DNA of 64,000 nucleotides from Chrysomallon squamiferum (GCA_012295275.1 CM022670.1:17980001-18044000); one strand, 5' to 3'; counted from the stretch's first letter, positions 1-33,148 are shown. Numbers and translations: made by a program. Notes: a model not told the origin generated them from the sequence alone.

Positions 1-14
1 AAAATGTAGACTAT

Positions 15-410
15 GTACATTACTTCAAATCATAAACGTATAATTGTTTTGTACAAATAACATTATGAATAACATTATGCTTTTGTTATTTCAAATCATA
101 AATATAAAATTGTTTTGAACAAAATTCAGAATAATTACATTATTTCAAATTATAAATGTGCAATTTTAAATCATAAAATAAAATTACATTATTTCAAATA
201 ATAAATACATAATTATTTTGTACAATTTTATAATGTTCTCATTATTTCAAATGATATATGTATAATAGTTTTCATACAAATTTTGTAATATTAACATTAT
301 TTCAAACCATTAATATATAGTTTTTTTGTACAATTTTTTTAATGTTTACTTTATTACAACAGTTTTTGTACAAATTTTGTACTATTTACATTACTTAAAA
401 TCATTACAAT
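15..410 (+). repeat. Degenerate AT-rich tandem repeat in the aGPCR intron
   Basis: Recurrent ACATTATTTCAAAT(C/A/T)ATAAAT...TTTTGTACAA units at roughly 50-60-bp spacing. Confidence 0.65.
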
Positions 411-442
411 TATTTCACACAAGTTTCGTGGTGTTATTTCAG

Positions 443-2673
443 GGCATGGATCAAGGGGGCTGTGGTGCTGGTGGTGCTGCTGGGACTGACCTGGGCTGTG
501 GGACTGCTGTTTCTCAATGAGGAGACTGTGGTGATGGCTTACTTGTTCACTGTCCTCAACTCCCTGCAGGGTCTCTTCATCTTCATCTTCCACTGCATCA
601 TGAATGACAAAGTAAACCCTTGTTTTAATGTCTTATCTACGATTTAACATTGCTTTTGAATTGTGACATCCTTGATGATGGAGATGTGTGTGTTTGTGTG
701 TGTATGTGTGTGTGTGTGTGTGTGTTTTATCTTTCAAGTTATTTAAATATTGCTTTGTATGTGTTAATGAAAACTGTCTTTCTTTTGTCAGTATAATTTA
801 TATTTTCACATTCAGGTACAGAAGGAATATCGTAAAGTTGCTCGTAGAACTTCCTGGTTGCCAAAATGTATCCGAGTGAACTATGGAGGGTACACAGGCA
901 ATCTGTCTGGATCTCCCAACCCTTCATCAGGATCAGCCCATGGTGTAAGCATAACACACACACACACAAATATCATGGTGATATGATTATTCTATCAATA
1001 CAGTTGTGTGACATTTAATATCTTGTTAATGCTATGATGTTACATTTTTTTAATCCCAATTTAAAACACATATATAATATGTCAGATATCAGAAATACAA
1101 ATACATGGCTTTTAAATACTATTTAATCAATAATAAATTTCTTTTTGAGATTAATAATTTAATTTAAAGGCAAGTATCGTTTCTTTTATATATAGCTGGT
1201 GTTTACTGTATTACTTTATTCAGTTCATTGCATCAGCTAATGGTTATGAATCTTTTAAGATACATTATAAATAATATTATGTTTTATTTTCAGTATTTCT
1301 CAAAGCTTTTCTCTGGTAGGAGAAGAAAAAGATCAACAACATCAACCAACAGTTCAACCAAACCTTTCCTTTCACAGAGAGGTAATCTTATTAACATGTT
1401 GATGCTGCTGCTGCTGTTACTGCTAGATATTTTATTTCTCAAGAGGCCTTCTAATACTTCCACATATATCCAGACAGAAATTATTTTTATTACTTATACT
1501 AATTGCATTTTTAATCATTGCGGTTGTTTTCTGTACAGTATCAGTTCAGTTTTTGATTTTCAATTTAGTTAAATAAACAAATAATATTCATGTTATTGAT
1601 GTGAAAAATATATTGGGTGTTAGACAGATTTTCATAGGTATTTATAAGAAAATTATATATGATTAATGAATATCATGCCACCAACTCTTTGTTAGTTATT
1701 TAATAACATTTCAAGGGTTTATTTTTTGTTAAATAAAGATAGTTTTTCCACATTTCATTTTGATGATGTTAAAATATTTGCAGGTGGTCATGACAGAAGT
1801 TCTGGAGAAAATTCTGGATGTCGAGACAGCAGTTTGTACCCTTCCACTATCAACGGCTACATCTACAATGCCAACAACAATGACCCTCAAAAGTCTCCTA
1901 GAATTGTGTCTAATGGTGTGAAACTTTTAGGAACTTGTTATGAAGAAATCGATGGAATTGCAGGAGATCTTTCAGGAGCTTTCGACTGTTCTGTCATTGA
2001 CAGTGAAATGGTGACAGAGTACTGCAACACCAACATGCAGGTGTGTAAGGAGAAGAGACGATATTCCACTGAGTCAGAGACCAGCCAGCAGTCATCAGAC
2101 GAAGAGAAAGACAAGGACCATCTGTCCAACCTTTCCTACGAATCAATCGCAAAAAACAGAGAGTCATTCCTGTCTACAGATCCTGAAGGAACCCAGTCTG
2201 ATTTAGATGCCGATGACCTTGAAAAGATGAAGAGGCTGAGTGCTCTGGAGAATGAGCCTCTTGTTGTTCTACATTCCGATTCAAAACGAAATCTCATTAA
2301 CAGTCTTTTGTCGAGAATGAGTTCAAAGAAGAATGGAATCAAAACGTCAAGGGGGAAAAGACAACAGTCGCCGTCTCTTGGGAATATTAACAGCAATGAG
2401 GAAAAGCTATCAGAGGAGAAGATTAACACAAGCACACCCAATCTCAAGTTTAAAGGGAGCTCGAAGTATTCGGAACAGGAAAATAGGTGTAAGCATAACA
2501 GTGTGGTTCTTCAGCTCAGTTTACCTAACATAAGTGTCACTGAGCAGGACTCTGAGTCAGACTCGTCATTCCAAAGTCCAGAAAAAAACAGTTTAAAGAT
2601 AAAGAGACTCAAGTCTGATGTGATGATTCAGATGGATCCTCACAGGTTTGATCTATCATCTAGTGAATGTTAA
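443..2673 (+). CDS. Adhesion GPCR (latrophilin/Cirl-like), 3' part: TM6-TM7 and long cytoplasmic tail; 5' exons lie upstream of the window
   Basis: Exons 443-611, 816-944, 1294-1381 and 1784-2673 have AG/GT boundaries and consistent phases. The translation [56 protein letters not shown]|VQKEYRK matches the LLGLTW...NSLQGxFIF.FHC...VxKEY signature of latrophilin-type 7TM2 domains. A Ser/acidic-rich tail ends ...SSSEC*. Confidence 0.9.
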
Positions 2674-3544
2674 ACATTTTTATACGCTTCATTATTAAAG
2701 ACTAATTGCTTCTGGACTTGTTCTTGTATTAAAAAGGTACTAAGCGTTTCTTCTTGAGCTCAGAGGCAGTCAGGAAGACAGCTAGACTGTTGGACCAATT
2801 TATATCATTTGTATCTTCATAATCGAAGAGTCAGTTATAGGAGTTTAATTCATGTGCTCTAGCATTTGTTTTTCTTTTTTTTTCTTTTTTTAAAATGAAA
2901 CCTTTGACATGAATTCTTAATATTTCATTTTCATGAACACAAGTAAGCCTACCATAGTTTTATTTATTTATGTTTTTTTAAAGGTAACAATTGGGGAAAG
3001 CCAAAATATTAAAGAATGTGTTATGGTTCTTAATGCACATATTTTAAAAATGGTGACTTTTACTTCAACCTTGTTGAAATAATATATCATTTTATATTTA
3101 ATTTTATACTTTATGATGGATTTGGTATTAACATTCACTTGTAAAAAAAAGATTAAAAGAATCATAGTAATCCACTGATATTATCACTGGGGTATGATAT
3201 TTCTGTCAAAAATTTGGAAATTTAAAAGAAAGCTGAATGAAAACAGTTTTAAAAAAAATAATCTGTTGTACTCTGGTTCAAATGATTTCATTTCAGTTTG
3301 GAAACCTTTTTACTGAACTAGTTTTATTATTCATTTCTTATTAATGCCAATGGGACCAAATTTCACTTATTATTTTTATTGCTGCATTACAGAGGCTTAT
3401 AAAATAACAAACTGGTGTTAAATAGTTAACAGATATTTATATGTACATATGTTTAAAAACATTTTACTCCAAGCTAAGATTTTGCCTTGATTTAGACATG
3501 CTTTTAAATCATTGTTATATTTTATTTTTATTTTATTCTATTAT

Positions 3545-3570
3545 CATATTCATTATTATTATTATTGTTA

Positions 3571-3617
<47 letters not shown>

Positions 3618-3618
3618 G

Positions 3619-3670
<52 letters not shown>
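3545..3670. repeat. (TTA)n microsatellite, representative of dozens of (TAA)n, (GA)n, (CA)n, (TACA)n and (TAG)n tracts in the window
   Basis: Directly visible. Others include 15920-16145, 19323-19410, 22080-22216, 50506-50587, 54186-54250, 57622-57694, 59041-59128 and 63425-63524. Confidence 0.97.
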
Positions 3671-4530
3671 AATGTAATATTATTTATTTATTTCTCACTT
3701 TTAGCTTCTTAATGGTGCTGTACATTTCATTATAGAAAATAATAAAAACAACAATTTGCAAAACAGATTTAGAAAATCTTTTTTATGAGTCATTTCTGCA
3801 TTTAATGACTGTGACTGTATATCATAAATATTGTTACTCATGCTTTCTGATTTTGTTTCACCCATGTATATAAATATTGTACAGGTTTTGTTTTTACATT
3901 TGTATTACATTTCAAATCATTCCAAGTGTTTATTATTTGTTGTATTAAGACATTGTACTCTGCTATAGAAATATCTAATATTAAAAAAAAAAAAAATCAT
4001 ATTTTGATCAATATTAAATTTCATCTAATTTTGCACTTAATGATTTTTACACTGTCTTTAAGTGCTATAGCATTTAGAATAGTAACATCAGAATTAATAT
4101 GCTTTTTTTCAAAAATAATTAATTTTTTTTTAATGACAATTTTAGAGTTCATTATTATTTTCATAGACCGAGAGTTGATTATTATTTTGATGCATTAATT
4201 AATGTTTTGACAATCCGAGAGATGATCAATAATCTAAGTGTTAATAATAATTTGATAATGGAGAAATTGATAAATATTTTTAATTTTTTTATTTATTAGA
4301 TTTTTCTGATCATAGCAGAAGTATATGATAGTATTGTTGTTTCATTGTGTGTTAGTTGTTTGGTTGTTTTTTGTGGTTTTTCTTGATTTAAAACAAATTA
4401 TCTTTTGTATTTTGTTCTTTTTATTATAACAACAAAAACATGATGTTATGATCTTATTCATATGGGATTGCCTAAATCTTAAAATAACATATATCTAAAT
4501 TGTGTGTAGGTATATGTATGTTTGAACACA

Positions 4531-4579
<49 letters not shown>

Positions 4580-7500
4580 ATGTGTGTGTGTGTGTGTGCA
4601 CACAGACACACATACATACAGACATTTACATCTAAAGTATTTGTAATTGTGTGTCTGTATTTTTGTGGACAGGTGTTTGAAAGTATGTATGTTTGTGAAT
4701 GTTTATGGTATACACATGTGGTATATATATATAAAAACGGTATATTGTATTGTAATATGTAGACATGTTGACAAGTAAGATGGACATGAATCAACCTAAG
4801 TGCCTGTTAATGTGTGTTGCGTCTCATGTATCTCATTAAACCCACTCATCTATGCAATTTAATCATCTTTATCTGAAACCAGGATAGGTAATCAAACAAC
4901 AATTAATTACATTTTTAAAAATGAATTATAAAGTGAAGTAAAATTGAAATAATAAAACTCTATAAAATAATAAAAATAAATGAAAATGTAAAACTTCTGT
5001 ATTGGGATCCATATCACTTATTTTAAAACATTTGAAACATTATTTTATATTTTTAAATCATTGTTTAATATACTGATTCACATTTCATTTGCTCCTTGAG
5101 GTGAAAGTTTATTAAATAATTAAATTTTGGTTTAATGATTTAATTGTTTTTTTAAATATTTTAAAATTGTTCATTGGAAAAAACATAAGTTAAGTTTTAA
5201 AAATAATTAAATAAAAATAATAGAAATAAAAATAATGAAAAAAATAACAAAAATTAAATTAACAGTTATAAAAATTTTAAATTAATAATTATAAAATGTA
5301 TTGTAAAATAATACTGTAATACTTCCTAAAATAACAGTTAATAAATAAAATAAATAAATAAATAAATTAAAGAATTAAAGAAAAAACAACAAAAAACAAA
5401 TGTAAAAATAACTGTTAATTTTTTATTTAAACTTTAACAAAATTATTTTCTATAACTTTCTTAAAATATTTTTACTTTTTTTTTTATTCTAGAATAATAA
5501 ATATGTACTTATTTTCTCTGCCTGGATGAAAATATTAACAAATGTGCCATTATAATACTTAATACAATTTTTATTTTTATTTTTTACCTGTCTTGGTTTC
5601 ACAACAGAGGAAGCCAAAACATGCTGTTTTCTGTGATTGCGTCCCTTGTTGAGGGAACAGAAACTCATTCCATGGTTGTGACCTGTACATCCCCCCCCCA
5701 CTTCACTGCACATCCCCTTCAACACCTAGGTCAAGTATAGTCATTTCCTATATATGTGTATCATGTACAGTTTCAGATTAGTGTACTATGTAGTCAACAT
5801 ATTTTTGTAATGATGAATGGCTGGACTAACTTTTCTTTTTTCTTCAGAAGAAATTTCAATTTAAAAATTAAAATCATAGTGTGTAATAGTTAAGATTAGT
5901 AAAAATAATAAAGGCTAAAAAGAAACATCATGCTTAAAGGATTGTAGATAAAAAAAAAAAAATGAAACATGATAAAAGTTTCTAGAAAAAAGGAATCATC
6001 ATGTTTAAAGGTTTCTAGAAAAAATTCCTAATATATGACTGTGTATGCATGAAAGGACAGACATTACTGTTTTTAGAAAAGAAATTTCATACTGTCAACA
6101 AAACTAATTCATATTGGTGAATAAATGGAAATAATAATTATTGTTAGTAAATAGGAGTCATGTTACTTAAAGTTTTCTAGAAACAAACATAAAATTCATG
6201 ATGGTGAATGGTTTTGTGTGAATGAAAGGAAGTTTAGATGTTTTGTTTTTATAGGAGAGGACATGACCTCATATTAGTTTTATTTTAAAATATGTATGTT
6301 TTGTCTAAGCACTGTACAGTTTATATGTCTTAGTTTTTCAGCTTTTATTTAAAATAACCTAACTTATACTTACAAAAGCTAAAGATGTTTATGACTTTTA
6401 TTTTTATTTCTTTTAATGGGGAGTTTTCCAATGCTGTTTTAAAATGTCAGTATGTGTTCATTAATATTTTACAAAAAGATTTTTTTTTTTTTTTTTTTTT
6501 TTTTTATTTGCCAACATTTTTTGTTGAATTTATCATATCTACTTTTGATATTTAAAAAAAAACAAAAAACAAAAAAATGCTTCTAAAAGCTAATACATAT
6601 ATACATAAACTGAAAAAAACTTAAAACTGTTTTGAAAAAAAATATATTTATTTATCTGCTTTAATTCTTTCATTTTAAAATTAAAATTTTCTCCTTTTTC
6701 TATAAAATAAACCTGGATGATAGGATAATAAGTATGATTTTAATTTGGTCAACTTAAAAAATTCACTGAATGAAAAAGTATCTATTGCTGTATATATCTA
6801 CATTATATGTTATTGTGAACTTTCTGTTGTGGTATATTCGTTACTGATGGTTGTAAAACAATTATAATATTGCCTAGTGTTTGCCAAAAGATAAGTATTT
6901 TAACATAATGATGTTCATATTAAAACAAACAGCTTATTTATTTTAATAGCACATTATTTGGGGTTTAAGAAATATATTTAATTAATGGTTGTGAATATAT
7001 GGATTGATTATAATAAGTAATTGAAAATTAACAGATTTTTGTGGTTGTGATTAACATAATTTGTTTAAAATACTGTTTTCAAAAATATTATTTTTGGAAA
7101 TAATGATCTGTTGAATTATCTTAAAACAAGGTGTTGTGCAAAAAATAAATTTTGGCTTAAAAATGATGTGTATAATTTAGCTTACACTCAAAAGTGATTG
7201 TGATTTTTGTTTTTTTAAAATACGTATTTATAATGTACATTACTTACTGTCCTTTAACTTCACTGTGCTTTTAAAAGACAATTGTAGTTTTTTTACAAAA
7301 CAGTCAAAACTGTTCACACAAAAATCAAAACAGAATATTTTACAAAGCATTTTCATTATTGCATATATATTTTTGTATTGTCCATTTCTGTCCTCATTTA
7401 CTGAAGAAGAAAAAAAATCCATTCTGTTGCTGTTGTTACATGCATCTGACTGTAATGAAGGTATTTTCAATTGTGGTATTTTAATAAGCAAATGACAATG

Positions 7501-7875
7501 CACATTGTTGTAGAGTTTGGACTCAGTTGTAAAAATCATTTGTATTTTGAAAAGACATTTTCAGAGGATGTTTTCATAGAAAGTGTACATATATATTTGT
7601 GAAGATCGCAAAAAAAAGTGTAAGTTGTCCTGGAAAATCATTATTATTGTTATTATTATTTTTTTTTCTTTTGCCTTATTGTTAGTTAAAACTTGATATT
7701 ATTGCATATAAATTTGATTGATTCTTTTTTTTTTTTTTTTATATATATTTTTGGAACCAAAGATAACTTGGACAGTTTGTTTTGACAAAAAAAAAAAAAA
7801 AAAAATTAGATTATTATAATTACTTATTATTATTACAATTATTATTATTGTTATTGTTATTATTATTATTATTTA

Positions 7876-7926
<51 letters not shown>

Positions 7927-9605
7927 TTATCATCATTCCATTATACGTTTTATTGCTTCATTAGCTATCTTTAACATGTGGCTTGATTATATCTGTATAT
8001 ATTTGTGTACATACATTATATATTAGCCATATCAGTGACATTGAAAAGATCATTCTCTGAATCATGTGTATTGTCTCAGCAGCTCTATTTTATAATCAGT
8101 GTGATTATTATTCTTGGTCGAATCAAGTCAAGTACTTGTCTAGCAGTCTGTAACTCTGTCAGTGTCTGTGAGAAAATCAACACATAGTCTTGATTCAGCA
8201 CAAATTAAATGCTTCCAAATGATTAAGTGAAACTAATCAGTTGGTGATGATCAAATAAAAACTCAAATTTCTTTTTGTTGTTTGTATTCTTTCAGTGTTA
8301 TTTAATTTTATACTTTAAAAAAAAAAAAAAAAAAAATAAAAATTTATATTTAATCTTTGCATATCTGTCTTTTCAAACAGTAATCCTTCACATGACATTT
8401 TTGTATTATACAACAAAGATTTTTTTAACAGTATCCATCAAATCAGATCCTCATCTTTCAATACAAGAACAATTTTTGGTACAATCCTTCAAATCAAATG
8501 TTTGCATTTTAGAAGAAAAAATTTTATTCATGATATTCTTCACATTCTTTTTCATTATATAACAAAGATTATTGCATTATTATATAACTTTTTTTATTTA
8601 TTTATTTATATATTTATTTTTGGCAAAATATATTTATATAAAATTTTAAATTATACAACAGATTATTTGCAAAATATTCCATACATTTATCATAATATTA
8701 TAATTAAAAGGCTTTTTCACATTGTCTTTGATATCATTCAGCTTTGTTCTTTTTTATACAACAAAGAATGTAACAAATTAGTACTAGGTTAAAATTTAAG
8801 GAAACTCTTGAAAAAAAAAAAAAAAAAAAAAAAAATTTACAAAATAACAAAAAAATAAATACGAAAAAGGAATTTTTATCAAAGACTCAAATGGAATTGT
8901 TCTATATTTGTCTTTCTCTTTTTCCTATTCCATCCAGTGGAATTGAGGAGATTAACATAAAACAGTTACTTCTTTATAGACATGAATAGTTCAAAGTATG
9001 AACCATTTTCTCTAATCTTTATAAAAAAAAAAACCCAGCAGTTTATAAAAAAAAATCTTCTAAGAACAGATTTTTAAAAACATTTTATATTTTTTTTAAA
9101 CAACAGTAACAGTAACAACAAGAAGAACATTTAAAGATATAAACACAAAAAAATGAGGGAAAATAATTTATTACCAATTCAGTCACCACAATTTACATAG
9201 ATCAGTCAAATACATACACATATTTACAAACAATTTAAACAAAATGTCATTAATGTTGTTTCACAGTACATATTTATTTTCTACTCACTTTCATACACTG
9301 TTTTTAATTTCTCATTTACTGTGTTCATGGAGGGAAGTATCATTCTTTTGGAAAATGTAACTTTCAAAATGACAAATGATGGATAGTGGATATATGACTT
9401 TGTGCATGTTTGTGTACATGTATGTGAGTATGTGTCTGTGCTTGTATGTGCATATATATGTGTCTATGTTTGAGTAGATGTATGTTAGCATATCTGTCTT
9501 TCTGTGTGTATTCTTATATGTTTGTGTATATAGGTGAGTATCACATTAGTAGTTACATTAACTGAATTGTTTTCTAAAAATAAGGATGCTGTGGTGTTAT
9601 GAAGC

Positions 9606-28222
<18,617 letters not shown>

Positions 28223-28733
28223 CTTGGTCCGAATAACTTTTAACATTCAGAAACATACTTGATGTATTCTCTTCAGGCTTTCTGTAATCATCATTATGTA
28301 TACCTGATTACTTATTATGTTGATTATCTCATATTTATCATACACATTAACACAAAACACATATTGCATGAACAGCGTAAATCGGTTCTCGACTTGATCA
28401 AGAGACGAAGTTAGTCAAATAATTCAGAGAACTATTTCGTTATTTCCAAAAGAATTCTGAAATTATTTTTTGTTGTTGATCACTTCCCTTATTATCGCTA
28501 CATCATCCCCGCTGTGCAGTGGTGTGAGGAAGCAAGGCTTTCCTTGTTTAAACACAAACGAGAATGTTAGACCTGTGAACTGGTCACAGGTCACAGTTTG
28601 CACTCAGATGACGATGGACGATTAGGTGAGAGCTGGTATGACTGTTTTTTGAGTTATGTTACACAAGAAAGTAAAAGTGAAAATAAATGTACTGATTTCA
28701 CTTTGCATAAATTTTATAATGGGTCTTTTTCAT

Positions 28734-28801
<68 letters not shown>

Positions 28802-28914
28802 CTGTATGTATGTTTATCTGTTTGTATGTTATTTATCTATCGTCTATATCTCTGTACCGTTCTATTCCACTTTCTTAATAAACAAACAGACACACACACA
28901 CAGACAGACAGACA

Positions 28915-28953
<39 letters not shown>

Positions 28954-30230
28954 GCACACAGCCATTTATTTATTTTTATGAATACACGTATAATGGTTAT
29001 TACGTGTTAAACTAAGTACTGTATCTTGTTTCATAACATAATTATGCTTACCTAACCATTACATTGACAAATATGTATTACATTTACCATTGTTGCTGTT
29101 ATGAATACGAAACGCTGTTATATACATATGTGATATTTTATAAAATATAACATTTTACTGTATTGTATTTCTGAATAAAGCAACCTGATGACAGTATTTT
29201 TGTTTTGTTTTTATTTTTATCAGTTACTTTGTTTTATAATGCAGTAATGACTCACAGTCTGAGTCACTCAGTATCACAGCAGCTACTGCTTAGAAACTTT
29301 ATTGTTTTCTTTAACTTGATTATCTTCTTCATTGCAATAGTATTTCTGAATGTATTCTGCATTACAGTTTTGCTAGTTTCATCTACTTCTTGTCCTGAAT
29401 CTTTGTTTGGAACTTTAAAATAAAATAATATGCTTACGTCTGGAATGAGAGATCTTTATTCTGTTTGGGAACTCTGTTGATGAGGAATACTGTCGAGAAC
29501 AGTGTGTGTGTGTGTGTGTATGTGTGTGTGTATTTATGTATGTGTGTCTCTGTGTATGTAATATTGTGTATGTATGTGTATGTATGTATATAGGTGCGTA
29601 TGTATGTATGTGTGTATGTGTATGTTTCTGTGTATGTGTATGTAAATATGTTTGTGAATGAGTAGATGTACAGATGTGAGTGTATATGTATGGCTTTTTT
29701 TTCTCTCTGCCATGTATATATCCATCCATCCATCGGTCCATGCATCCTTTGATCTGTCTGTCTTTCGGTCTGTCTGTCTTTCTATGTATATCTATCATCT
29801 GTCTCTCCGCAAACGTTTATAACAGAACTACAACGTAGAAGAGCAGCCAGTGGAGTTGCGACCTGTCTTCTGTTCTAAACACACCCACCACCCACACACC
29901 CTCATACCCACACCCATACCCCCCCACACACAAACACCACATTTTTACACACTCAAGAACTTGAGATTATAAAGTGAGTCATAACTGCTTGGATCATGCA
30001 AAGAACAGTTCTTCGCAGTTTACATTAAAGCAGCGTGACTAGAATAAGACTGAGATATGCTGCCACGCTGCGACTAGCAAATCAGTTAGTCACTGAAATC
30101 ATTTCCAACCGGATGATTTCGTAACAGGGTGAGGGGAGCAGACTTCCTGTCACACGCGTACATAGCTCGAAACGATGACGATGGAGTTTAGAATGGAAAA
30201 CGACGGCAAAAACTCAACTGTGCTAATTAA
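28223..30230. promoter_or_regulatory. Divergent intergenic region between the RPTP and the small TM gene (candidate shared promoter/enhancer)
   Basis: Start codons face away from each other 2 kb apart. AP-1 sites TGACTCA at 29248 and TGAGTCA at 29260 and 29975. ETS cores GAGGAAG at 28526, CCGGAT at 30109 and ACTTCCTGT at 30142. Confidence 0.45.
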
Positions 30231-30507
30231 ATGAATGCAATGGATACCGTGCGTTTCCTGATTCTCGGTGTTTTTATGGTTTCTGGTTGGATTTTAGTTC
30301 ATGCAGATCAAGGTAAAACAAATATTTAAGAAAAAGCATGTAAAAGAGAAGCTCTTAGAGGACAAAAAAAAAAAAAAAAAATAATAATAATAATAATAAT
30401 AAAAAAAAATATATATATAATAATTCATATATGTCTTTAATATTTGAGAATTTATCGATGTTGCCAAGCTAATTTTTAGACTTGAAATGTTATCGTTGTG
30501 CTAAAGT

Positions 30508-30546
<39 letters not shown>

Positions 30547-31570
30547 AAATCATGAATAAATGTGATATAGCGAAATAAATCTGCCTCTAGGAAAACGGAC
30601 AAACCTATTATTATTCATAATTGTATTTATAATCTGTAATGTAAAATATTAAAGCTGCTTTTGGCTGCAGTTATATTGCTTTAACGGATGGAGTTCTTTG
30701 TAATCTAAAGGGTTGCATGATAAAAAGCTCTACTATTTTATCTTACAAAACATCAATTCGTAGAAATGAGCTAAAGTGGCTGTTTCAGAATTTTAAAATG
30801 AATGCAGAAAAAATATTTAAATGTGTTATATTTTTCAGAGTGTGAACATTGCAACAATGTTGAGTTGTGCAACACAACTTCTGGTGTATGTAACGGACCT
30901 TGCTCTGAAGGTTGGAATGGTATAAAATGTGATGAAGCCATTCAATGTAAGTATTATTTTAAATAATAATAATAATAATAATCATAATTATAATTGATTT
31001 TATTTGAAGGTTCTATAGAAATATTGCATGTTCATTAGCGTTTTTTGTGGGTTTTTTTTTTTTGTTTTTCAAATTGTTTTGAAGTTATTATGTTGTTTTG
31101 TTTTTTTGAAAAGTATTTTTATTACTATTTCTTTCTTTCTTTTCATTCTTTTCTTATTATTTATTTGTTTATTATTTTATTTATTTATTATTATTATTTT
31201 TTGTTGTTGTTGTTGTTGATGTGGTACGTAAAGTTCATTAATTAACTCATTTCCCTTTTCTTTTGTTTCCATCCTACGTTTGTTCTTTCGTTGTTGTTTT
31301 TTGTCGGTTTCTGTATTTGTTTTGTTGTTGTTGTTATTTATTTATTTTTTTTTACCCCAGAATCAGATACTGAAACAATGTTGCAGTCGAGTAGTAGATT
31401 GTATATTTATAAAAACAGTTGTCTAATTTGTATTTGTTTTTGTTTCTTTTCAGTACAAGTGCTGGATGTACACATAAAATTTGCGATTGCCATTGTTGCA
31501 GTCGTTACCGGATCCGTTTTTTTGATTCTAGCATTTTCTCTCATTTGTTGTTGTGCGTGTCGCAAGTAAG

Positions 31571-31612
<42 letters not shown>

Positions 31613-31820
31613 TACGAGAAAGTCACATACTACAAATCTAAACACGTCATGGTGCTTTCGAGTATTTTGAATAATTAATTATAAAACAAACTAATCTTTA
31701 ATTTAAGCTTCAGAACTGAAAACTAATCTCCTACTTTACATCTTGAATTTTGCCAGTGCCAAGCTTATTCCCTTTTGCCTTTCTCTGTGATAAATGAAAG
31801 CCTTGATTTAATCAGATAAC

Positions 31821-31874
<54 letters not shown>

Positions 31875-32206
31875 TAAATTAATAACAAGAATAATGATAT
31901 AAATTAATAACAATAATAATGATAATAATTTGATCATAACCTTTCTTTGATGTGCTGAGTTTAACGCTGGGCTGACACTATTATCTAAAGATCAGTTATC
32001 CTTATGGATGACTTACAGATATATTGTTTAACTAACTGTTAAAAGAAAGAACAAAATAGTTATCACCATAATAGAGGCTGCAAGCTTCCTTTCTTCCGTT
32101 AACTGACTGGTGAAAACAATATTATGGCATAATCGTAGATTAAGAGTGTGTTACATAAAACACTGATAATTAGAAAAAGAAATGTGACGGGTATACAAAC
32201 CTTTTG

Positions 32207-32240
<34 letters not shown>

Positions 32241-32549
32241 TCTAGGAAGAAACAGACACTTTTTGTTACAGAAGCCAGCTCCGAATTTGACAAGTTGGAA
32301 AATCCAACAGAGCAACTGCGCAAGCTCCAAGAATCCGGAAATGAACGGAATGTCCGCAGCATAAACACTGTCTACAGCTGGGGCTCCGAGTTTCCAGCTG
32401 ATTCTGATAAAGACGATTACGTGAACGTATCTTCTTACAAGACAGTTACGAACCCGAAATACGGTTCTGCGGGTGTCTATGCTAACACACTTCCAGTACC
32501 ACAGACTGACTGCAAGAAAACATTTAGTTACGTGAATGCAGAAGTGTGA
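30231..32549 (+). CDS. Small type-I membrane protein (~201 aa): signal peptide, one EGF-like module, TM, Cys cluster, tyrosine-motif cytoplasmic tail
   Basis: Exons 30231-30312 (MNAMDTVRFLILGVFMVSGWILVHADQ; alternative ATG at 30240), 30839-30946 (CEHCNNVELCNTTSGVCNGPCSEGWNGIKC), 31454-31565 (FAIAIVAVVTGSVFLILAFSLICCCACRK) and 32246-32549. Total 606 nt in frame, GT-AG introns, phases 1/1/2. Confidence 0.82.
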
Positions 32550-32868
32550 TGGATAGTTTTGATATTGCTAATTGTATGACGTACGTTATTCCATAAAATG
32601 TATTGTACAATGTGAATTAGTTTGTAAACTACATTAATATTTAAAAGCAATTCGTGATCCAGCGATCTGATGGGTGAAATGGAAAATTAGTGTAATCTTA
32701 TAAAGGATAATATTTCCTTTTTTCGGTACGATCTGGAATCAGTTTGTAAGTTGTAGGCCAGAATGTTATTATTATTAATCATTCTAACTGGATCTGCACT
32801 CACTAAATATCCAAGTATATATTTAGAGAAGAATTACAGAATTATAATGCTATTTTGTGTAAGAAGGC

Positions 32869-32904
<36 letters not shown>

Positions 32905-33148
32905 GTTTTAATTATTATTATTTTCTTAACAGAGTTATTGTGAAAGTTTATTTATTTATTTAGTTTTTAACGAGAATGCTTGGACTAATATAAAATAAAA
33001 ATATTTTAAAAATGGTTACAATGATGTTTTGATAAATTTTTTCTCTTTTTTTTCTTTTACTATCAAAACCAAAACTCAAAACTACAAATTAGAAGTTGAA
33101 CAAGGAAACGAAATAGGTGCACTTTCTTTTTCCAACGCAGTCAATTAC

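Noticed and set aside
1938-2447. Antisense ORFs over the aGPCR last exon
   Set aside because: They are shadow frames of the + strand coding exon.
3441-3712. Poly-Leu/Ile/Tyr 'membrane protein' ORFs here and throughout, plus poly-CV, HT, ER and LS ORFs
   Set aside because: They are translations of (TTA)n, (GT)n and (GA)n microsatellites.
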